This document shows positions 33,906 through 39,886 of a DNA stretch of 39,886 nt, piece after piece. Position 1 is the stretch's first letter. Each line of letters opens with the position of its first letter. The DNA is from a candidate division WWE3 bacterium RIFOXYC2_FULL_42_13 (GTDB taxonomy: Bacteria > Patescibacteriota > WWE3 > UBA101185 > UBA10185), in NCBI GenBank assembly GCA_001773255.1, contig MEWF01000014.1:9416-49301 (forward strand), written 5' to 3'. The position numbers were made by a program, and so were the translations under genes. The notes under the pieces were generated by a model that had not been told where the DNA came from, did not search any database, and worked only from the letters and a program-made list of their open reading frames with translations.

Positions 33906-36026
33906 TCAATTACCCGAATCGTCAGATTTAGGTTCAAGCGCTTTGTGCGACAAGCTGATCTTCCCTTCAGGACCGAGTCCTATTACTTTAACTTTTACTT
34001 TATCTCCGGGCTTATACCAATCCTCGACCTTTTTGACGTAAGAGTTGGTTATTTCGCTGACGTGCATCAGTCCTACTCTTCCCGGTAATATCTCGACAAG
34101 GGCGCCGAAGTCTAAAAGGTCTTTGACTGTTCCATCAAACACTTCGCCCGTTCTAAGTTCTCTTGTTAGTCCGTCAACGATCTTTGCAGCCCTCTGAACG
34201 TTTTCCATCTCAACTGCAGAGATTATTACTGTACCGTCTTCTTCAATAAATATCTCTGATTGAGTAGTTTCCTGTATTTCCTTTATAACTTTCCCGCCAC
34301 TTCCAATTACCATACCGATCTTCTCGGGGTTGATCTTAAGCATTGTGGTCTTAGGTGCGTACTTGGAAACCGTATCCTTAGGTGTGTTTATCGTTTTTTC
34401 CATTTCATCCAAAACTTTCATTCTGGCCTCTTTGGACTGAGCGATTATATCTTTAAGTATCTCGATCGGTATTCCCTTTACTTTCATATCGGCCTGTATA
34501 GCTGTGACACCGTTTCTTGATCCGGTCATCTTAAAGTCGAGGAAACCATACGCATCTTCCAGATACGCCAGGTCGGTCATTATCTTGTAATTACTGAAAT
34601 CATCGGTCGTTATAATTCCGACGCCCACGCCGGCTATCATTTCCTTTATAGGCACGCCTGCGTCCATTAACGCCAGTGTCGAACCGCACGTAGCAGCCAT
34701 CGAAGATGAACCGCTGGACGAAAGTACCTCAGAAACGAGCAACACGGTGTAAGGAAATTCTGTTTGGCTCGGTATCACAGCTCTCAAAGCTTTTTCTGCC
34801 AACATTCCGTGACCCACTTCTCTGGACTTAGGAGCTCCCATTCTACCCGTTTCTCCTGTTGAGAAAGGAGGGAAGTTGTAGTAGTGGATAAATCTTTTAT
34901 TGAACTCACCGTACATATTTTGTACCAAAAGCTCCATTGAAGGAGAACCTAATGTACAAACAGTTAAAGCCTGGGTTACTCCCCTTGTGAAGAGGGCGGA
35001 ACCGTGAGTTCTTGGTAAAAGACCAACTCTGGAGCTGATGTCTCTTATGTCTTTTATACCTCTTCCGTCAGGTCTTTTTCCTTCATCAAGGATTAGATGC
35101 TGAATGGATTTCTTTTCCAACTCCTCAAGAGCCATTACCATATCGGCTTTTTTGTACTTGCCTTCAAGACCCGTGAAAACCTTGTCCTTCATTTCTTCTC
35201 TCTTGTCCTGAAGCTCGGTTTTATCGAACTCCATTCTTATAATCTTTTCTATGGTCTCTTTTGCAATTGCCGAAACGTCAGCAATTATTTCCGGGCTCAA
35301 CGATTTAGGTAAGTACTTATACACCGTGTGCTCGGGATTTACCTCCATTGCAAACTCTTTTATAAGTTTAAACACCGGGTCCGCACCGTCTCTCGCGAAA
35401 TTGATCGCACCGAAAATATCATCCTCGGGCAAAATTTCAGCTTCGGCTTCTACGGCCAGGAATTTTTTCTGGTCGCCTACGAAGGAGATCATCATATTCA
35501 ACTTTGTACCATCTTCAAGAACAGCGCTGCTCGGGTTGAGTATGTAATTTCCGTCGACCTTACCGACTCTTAAACTGACCATGGGACCTTCCCACGGAAG
35601 TTCGCTGGCAGATAAAGCCGCGGAAATTGCCGTCATGGCTGTAAATTCAGGATCAGCATCAACATCAAGTGATAAAATGGTAGCAACCACCTGTACTTCA
35701 TCCATATATTCTTTGGGGAACAACGGCCTAATAGCGTGGTCTATCAGTCTTTTGCTGATAACCGCTTCGTCAGTTGCCTTACCGTCCCTTTTAACAAAAC
35801 GGGATGATTTTATAGTTCCGCTCGCGTACAACTTTTCCTCGTAGTTAACCGTTAATGGGAAAAAATCGATGTCGGGCATGGGTGCGCTGTGAACTACCGT
35901 AGCGAGGATAACCGTATCCCCATACGAAGCCTTTACGGCTATATCGGCCTGCATTGCAAGCTCACCTGTTTCAAGCACAAGGTTTCGGCCTGCGAAATTT
36001 ATTTCTTTTCTTATGATCTTATTCAT
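33906..36026 (-). CDS. pnp: Polyribonucleotide nucleotidyltransferase (PNPase)
   Basis: Two RNase PH domains plus KH (INPEKIGMVIGSGGKVIKEI) plus S1 (GEVFDGTVKDLLDFGALVEI). The ATG at 36026 (MNKIIRKEINFAGR...) aligns with other PNPase N-termini; the track start at 36080 is a GTG extension. Confidence 0.96.
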   Translation of the reverse strand: MNKIIRKEINFAGRNLVLETGELAMQADIAVKASYGDTVILATVVHSAPMPDIDFFPLTVNYEEKLYASGTIKSSRFVKRDGKATDEAVISKRLIDHAIRPLFPKEYMDEVQVVATILSLDVDADPEFTAMTAISAALSASELPWEGPMVSLRVGKVDGNYILNPSSAVLEDGTKLNMMISFVGDQKKFLAVEAEAEILPEDDIFGAINFARDGADPVFKLIKEFAMEVNPEHTVYKYLPKSLSPEIIADVSAIAKETIEKIIRMEFDKTELQDKREEMKDKVFTGLEGKYKKADMVMALEELEKKSIQHLILDEGKRPDGRGIKDIRDISSRVGLLPRTHGSALFTRGVTQALTVCTLGSPSMELLVQNMYGEFNKRFIHYYNFPPFSTGETGRMGAPKSREVGHGMLAEKALRAVIPSQTEFPYTVLLVSEVLSSSGSSSMAATCGSTLALMDAGVPIKEMIAGVGVGIITTDDFSNYKIMTDLAYLEDAYGFLDFKMTGSRNGVTAIQADMKVKGIPIEILKDIIAQSKEARMKVLDEMEKTINTPKDTVSKYAPKTTMLKINPEKIGMVIGSGGKVIKEIQETTQSEIFIEEDGTVIISAVEMENVQRAAKIVDGLTRELRTGEVFDGTVKDLLDFGALVEILPGRVGLMHVSEITNSYVKKVEDWYKPGDKVKVKVIGLGPEGKISLSHKALEPKSDDSGN

Positions 36027-36164
36027 TTTTATGTAAGCCGGGTGATAAATGTGGGGATTAAGACTTAAAATATTACGCACATACTGCTTGTGCCCAATAC
36101 ATTAACTCCTAATCCTGATCTAACGTCCGGACTTAAAACTTAATTACTACTGTCTGACTCTAAA

Positions 36165-36434
36165 CTACTTCGAAAGCTCCAACTTCTCGGAAACAGAAGT
36201 AAATCTTTCCTCATCCTTTTTTTTGAGATAAGAAAGAAGTCTTCGTCTCTTGTTGACCATCTGAAGCAACCCTCTTCTTGAGTGGTTGTCCTTCTTGTGG
36301 GCTTTCAGATGTGTAGATAGCTTGGTGATCTTCTCGTTCAAAAGCGCTATTTGAACTTCGGGAGATCCCGTATCGGCATCGTGAAGCCTGTTGGTCTTTA
36401 TTATTGATGCTTTTTTGTCTTTATTTAAAGCCAT
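36165..36434 (-). CDS. rpsO: 30S ribosomal protein S15
   Basis: 89 aa from the ATG at 36434 ([13 protein letters not shown]...[35 protein letters not shown]). Confidence 0.96.
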   Translation of the reverse strand: MALNKDKKASIIKTNRLHDADTGSPEVQIALLNEKITKLSTHLKAHKKDNHSRRGLLQMVNKRRRLLSYLKKKDEERFTSVSEKLELSK

Positions 36435-36446
36435 AACCAAGATGAA

Positions 36447-36475
36447 ATGGTATCAAAAAAACGTTGGAAAATCAA
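36447..36475 (-). promoter_or_regulatory. Putative rpsO promoter (TTGATT-17-TGaTACCAT)
   Basis: The minus strand has TTGATT (36475..70), a 17-nt spacer ending in TGA, then TACCAT (36452..47). It is 12 nt upstream of the ATG, giving a leader of only a few nt. Confidence 0.4.
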
Positions 36476-36491
36476 GGTTTTTCTTTATTAT

Positions 36492-37130
36492 TTAGCGATA
36501 AATGCCCGTGGTTAAAGCCTTAGCGGAACGCTGGTCTATGACCAGATCCCATTTCGGGGCCTTGTTTAGAATAAGCAAAGATAAGCTCTCCATTGAAGCA
36601 TCTACCAGGTATAAAGTGCCGAATCTGGTGTTAAGAGAGTTATTGTCTATATTTATAACCTTAGACTTTGATATTTCAGCCTGAAGATGTTCTCTAAGAA
36701 CACCCGTATCCTCGAAACTTTGTATACCTACTGTGATGTAGAGGTCAAAATCCGGTCCTGTGATCTCCGTTTTCACCTTGCTTAGGTCAAAATCACGGTC
36801 GACGGGAGTCAGGTAAAAGGACAAAACATCGTTTTCAGTAGTGTAGTTGACTTTTGAAGCCGTAGTTCCGGAATAGTCGATGGAAACAACCAAACTTCTG
36901 CTGCCCACTGAGGTGCTTATATTTATACCTTCGGTTATGCCCTCAAGTCCTGCAGGCACGGTACCGGGATATAGAATGGAGGAATCTTTGCCTTTAGAGG
37001 ACAGCATCCTATACAACCCTACAGCGGCGGCAAAAGAATCGGCACCGTCAACAACGGACGGTACAATAGCCACTTTACGGGCGTTTGCCAACATTTCTTT
37101 AATTTTTGTTTCTATATCGAATTCAGCCAT
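36492..37130 (-). CDS. Stand-alone DHH-domain protein with degenerate catalytic motifs (NrnA-like, DHH replaced by DNN)
   Basis: About 212 aa from the ATG at 37130 (MAEFDIE...). It is colinear with the NrnA N-terminal domain. Motif I reads PSVVDGADSFAAAVGL, motif II VVSIDYS, and motif III VINIDNNSL. There is no DHHA1 domain. Confidence 0.6.
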   Translation of the reverse strand: MAEFDIETKIKEMLANARKVAIVPSVVDGADSFAAAVGLYRMLSSKGKDSSILYPGTVPAGLEGITEGINISTSVGSRSLVVSIDYSGTTASKVNYTTENDVLSFYLTPVDRDFDLSKVKTEITGPDFDLYITVGIQSFEDTGVLREHLQAEISKSKVINIDNNSLNTRFGTLYLVDASMESLSLLILNKAPKWDLVIDQRSAKALTTGIYR

Positions 37131-37160
37131 ATATAAAGAGAATTTTCTTCGCGACAGGAG

Positions 37161-37189
37161 ATTGTACAACAGATGACCTATATAGTCAA
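37161..37189 (-). promoter_or_regulatory. Putative promoter (TTGACT-17-TACAAT) upstream of the DHH-like gene
   Basis: The minus strand has TTGACT (37189..84), exactly 17 nt of spacer, then TACAAT (37166..61). It lies between the infB stop and the ATG at 37130. Confidence 0.45.
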
Positions 37190-37217
37190 AAATGGATAAA
37201 TCGCTGAAATAGCCTAC

Positions 37218-38714
37218 TTAACGGACTTCGAGCCACATCCCGACCGCTACGTCGTCGAAGTGGGGCTTTAACATAACCCCACACTCCACATCCTTACCGA
37301 TCACCTTTACCTCTTCCTGGCCTTTGTGAAGAGATTTTATAGTACCGGTGTAAAGAGGGATGTCGTCAGAGGTGACATCAGAAGGATCCTTGTCGTAAAT
37401 TGAAACCCGGACCCCGGCTTTCAGGGCACCCGCTAAAACTTTTGTACCTACGATAACATCTCCAGATGGAAGTTTAAAAAGTTTGATAACCTGACCTCTC
37501 CCTTTTATTTTCGACTCAGCCTCCACAGCCGTTCCTTCAAGAATGTTCTTGGCATCATCAATTAAGTCGTAAATTGTTAAATAGGTCTTGACCAGGACTT
37601 TGTTACTTTCGGCCACATTTGCGGCTGCTGAAGGAAGTCTGATGTTAAACCCCAGTACTATTCCTCCTTTTGCGCTCTGCGCCAACATAACGTCAGATTC
37701 GGAGATATCCCCTGTACCGCAATATAAAAATTTTAAGGCGTAGGTTGCCCCGACTGAAGAAGATATCAGATCGGCTAGACTGCTTTTCACCGCCTCCAGT
37801 GTACCCTGAGTATCGGCCTTAAGAACGACTGCTATGGTTTTTTTGGCATCCTTGCCTATTATCTCTGTCTGGTCTTCCTGCACCGCAAGCTCAGCAAGTT
37901 CGCTTCCTTCATACACAATAAGATCCCCAACACGGGGTACTTCCTTGAAGCCCAATATTTCAACAGGAGTTGAAGGACCTGCTGCCTGAATGATCGCACC
38001 TTTATCGTCAGTCATTGCCTTTACTTTGCAGGAGTAACCTCCCGACACTATTTTATCTCCGAAACGCAAGGTTCCGTTACGCACAATGCAGGAAACTACC
38101 GCACCTTTTTTTCTGTCCAAACGTGATTCGATTATTATTGCTTCCAACTCTCCCGCAGGATCAGCCTTCAATTCGTGCATTTCAGAAACCAGAAGTATGG
38201 CATCTAAAAGTTTGTCTATGTTCTGACCGTTTTTGGCTGAAACCTCGACGCTGATGCATTCTCCGCCCCAATCCTCGACAAGAATATTTTCAGAAGCAAG
38301 TTCCTGCTTAACTTTCTGCGGATTAGAACCGGTCTTGTCTATTTTATTTATTGCCACGATTATGGGAACTTTAGCGGCGAGAGCGTGAGAGATCGCTTCT
38401 TTTGTCTGAGGTTTTACACCTTCATCTGCAGCCACAACTAAAACGACGATGTCGGCCGCCTTGCCTCCTCTTGCTCTCATCTGGGTAAATGCCGCGTGGC
38501 CGGGAGTATCTATAAAAGTGATTTTCTTATTTTTATGCTGGATCTGATAAGCACCAATGTGCTGGGTTATTCCACCGTATTCCTTTTCCTGTATGTTGCT
38601 GTGTCTGATAAAGTCAAGAATGCTGGTTTTGCCGTGATCGACGTGACCCATAACGGTAACGATGGGCGCCCGTAAATTCTTTTCAGTTGTATTTTTAGTT
38701 TTATCGCTAGACAT
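37218..38714 (-). CDS. infB: Translation initiation factor IF-2 (short form lacking the N-terminal region)
   Basis: 498 aa. The G domain begins at residue ~20 ([25 protein letters not shown]), followed by the domain II beta-barrel and C1/C2 domains. Confidence 0.95.
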   Translation of the reverse strand: MSSDKTKNTTEKNLRAPIVTVMGHVDHGKTSILDFIRHSNIQEKEYGGITQHIGAYQIQHKNKKITFIDTPGHAAFTQMRARGGKAADIVVLVVAADEGVKPQTKEAISHALAAKVPIIVAINKIDKTGSNPQKVKQELASENILVEDWGGECISVEVSAKNGQNIDKLLDAILLVSEMHELKADPAGELEAIIIESRLDRKKGAVVSCIVRNGTLRFGDKIVSGGYSCKVKAMTDDKGAIIQAAGPSTPVEILGFKEVPRVGDLIVYEGSELAELAVQEDQTEIIGKDAKKTIAVVLKADTQGTLEAVKSSLADLISSSVGATYALKFLYCGTGDISESDVMLAQSAKGGIVLGFNIRLPSAAANVAESNKVLVKTYLTIYDLIDDAKNILEGTAVEAESKIKGRGQVIKLFKLPSGDVIVGTKVLAGALKAGVRVSIYDKDPSDVTSDDIPLYTGTIKSLHKGQEEVKVIGKDVECGVMLKPHFDDVAVGMWLEVR

Positions 38715-38760
38715 AACAAATCCTTCATTTTAATTTTGCTTTTGGCAAAAGTTAGCATGA

Positions 38761-39886
38761 TTATTCAGCAGGAGTATTCTCTTCAGATTGTACATCCTGA
38801 GTTTCTTCTGTTCCAGATTCGACGCTTTCTTCCGGGGCCTTTTCAACTTCTGCCGCGGCCTCTTCCTCTTTGCGGACTCTGTCTTTTTCTATTTTTTCAT
38901 CCTCAGTTTTCTTTATTGCTTCGTCCCAAACACCTACAACTTTTTTGTCTTCCTTTGCCCCGATCTTTATTGCTTCACCCGAATCGGCCGAGAATATTCC
39001 GGCAGCTCCCTTAATGTCAATCTTCCATTTGGTCAATTTATTGGCAAGGCGCGCGTTCTGGCCTTCTTTTCCGATTGCCAAACTTTGCTGTTCCTCAGGA
39101 ACCGTCACAACTGCGCGTTTGTTTTCTTTGTCTAAAACTACCTCTGCCACTTTTGCGGGCGATAAACTTGCTGCAATAAATTTCTCGGTTATGTTATAAA
39201 AGGGAATAATGTCAATCTTTTCGCCGAAAAGCTCGGCGATTATCGCCTGAACTCTTACACCTTTTTGTCCGACGCAGCTTCCTACCGGATCTACTTTTTC
39301 ATCTTTGGAGGAAACGGCCATCTTTGTTCTTGAACCGGCCTCTCTTGCTACGGCCTCGACCACAACAACTCCCGAAGCTATTTCAGGAACTTCCTGCTCG
39401 AACAGTTTTACGACAAACTGAGGATCGGATCTGCTTACAACAACTTCCGTTCCGCGGGGACTTTCTTTAATATCTTTTACCAAAACTTTTAATCTTTGAT
39501 TTATTCTGTAATTTTCGAAAGGCACCTGTTCGCCTGAGGGCATTACTCCCTGAGCTCGGGTTTTACCGAGATCTAATGTAACCAAACCGTTATCGATTCG
39601 GAAAACAGTACCCAACATGATCTGTCCAATTTTTGCTCTGAATTCACTTGTGACTACCTCTTTTTCAGTTTCGCGTATTTTTTGTAAAATGACCTGTTTG
39701 GCTGTTTGAGCGGCTATTCTTCCGAAACCCGAAGGTGTAACGTCTTTTTTGTCTTTTATAATCTTTACTTCTCCGGTGTCTGTATTTAAATCTACTTCTA
39801 TTTCCTCGAGTTCTACCTCTTCCCCGGCTTCTTTTCTGTCTTTTTTGTACGCAGTAGCCAGAGCCGTTTTAACCGACTCGATAACA
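38761..39886 (-). CDS. nusA: Transcription termination/antitermination factor NusA (5' end lies beyond the right window edge)
   Basis: The frame is open to the window edge. The region upstream of the track's internal Met reads ..VIESVKTALATAYKK..GRIAAQTAKQVILQKIRETEKE, which is the NusA N-terminal domain. S1 and two KH domains follow (GVRVQAIIAELFGEKIDII, AIGKEGQNARLANKLT), then an acidic tail. Confidence 0.93.
   Translation of the reverse strand, partial: VIESVKTALATAYKKDRKEAGEEVELEEIEVDLNTDTGEVKIIKDKKDVTPSGFGRIAAQTAKQVILQKIRETEKEVVTSEFRAKIGQIMLGTVFRIDNGLVTLDLGKTRAQGVMPSGEQVPFENYRINQRLKVLVKDIKESPRGTEVVVSRSDPQFVVKLFEQEVPEIASGVVVVEAVAREAGSRTKMAVSSKDEKVDPVGSCVGQKGVRVQAIIAELFGEKIDIIPFYNITEKFIAASLSPAKVAEVVLDKENKRAVVTVPEEQQSLAIGKEGQNARLANKLTKWKIDIKGAAGIFSADSGEAIKIGAKEDKKVVGVWDEAIKKTEDEKIEKDRVRKEEEAAAEVEKAPEESVESGTEETQDVQSEENTPAE

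Noticed and set aside
36027-36164. A regulatory hairpin (RNase III-type autoregulatory site) in the 138-nt rpsO-pnp spacer.
   Set aside because: I found only short stems (GCACA-agcagta-TGTGC and the GTCCGGAC palindrome). None resembles the long pnp leader duplex known from E. coli. A folding computation would be needed.
1-39886. Possible alternative genetic code (UGA recoded, as in some candidate phyla).
   Set aside because: TGA terminates radC (22223..22225), pnp, the speE-like gene and the Zn-ribbon gene at homolog-consistent lengths. No conserved gene needs read-through of TGA, TAA or TAG.
1-39886. tRNA, rRNA, tmRNA, RNase P or SRP RNA genes, CRISPR arrays, IS elements or integrases.
   Set aside because: The intergenic space is tiny. 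The largest gaps are about 220, 170 and 138 nt, and none contains a tRNA T-arm/GTTCGAATC-type signature, spaced direct repeats, or terminal inverted repeats flanking a transposase-like ORF.

Overview
This is a 39.9-kb window from a compact, moderately AT-rich bacterial genome that uses the standard code (TGA, TAA and TAG all end homolog-length ORFs). Nearly all of it is core information-processing and envelope machinery. On the minus strand there is rpoB-rpoC-rpsL-rpsG-fusA, then a serS / speE-like / uppP / secA / m5C-methyltransferase array. On the plus strand there is infA-rpmJ-rpsM-rpsK-rpsD-rpoA-rplQ-rplM-rpsI. A long minus-strand array follows: nusA, infB, DHH-like gene, rpsO, pnp, Zn-ribbon gene, Lon-like AAA+, udg, rnj, ftsK and a small ORF. 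I found no rRNA, tRNA, CRISPR array, transposase or integrase. Genes are packed very tightly, with 1-15 nt gaps, 4-11 nt same-strand overlaps and convergent 3' ends that touch or overlap. Several housekeeping proteins are trimmed or degenerate: IF-2 starts just before its G domain, a Lon homolog has neither N-domain nor protease domain, and a DHH protein reads DNN. Together this resembles a small-genome Patescibacteria/CPR-like organism, but that is inference only. The one accessory island is 21.2-25.9 kb. It holds a divergent XRE repressor, then RadC, a TasA/camelysin-family secreted protein, a SipW-type signal peptidase and a Clp/Hsp100-like double-AAA+ ATPase with a hydrophobic N-terminus. 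I flag this island as a candidate undescribed surface-fibre biogenesis module. A second recurring signal is a consensus, often extended (TGnTATAAT), -10 box placed 7-10 nt upstream of SD-less start codons, which suggests widespread leaderless mRNAs. Also notable are a perfect 29-bp tandem duplication of the secA 3' end and a sipW reading frame whose membrane anchor lies upstream of any canonical start codon.
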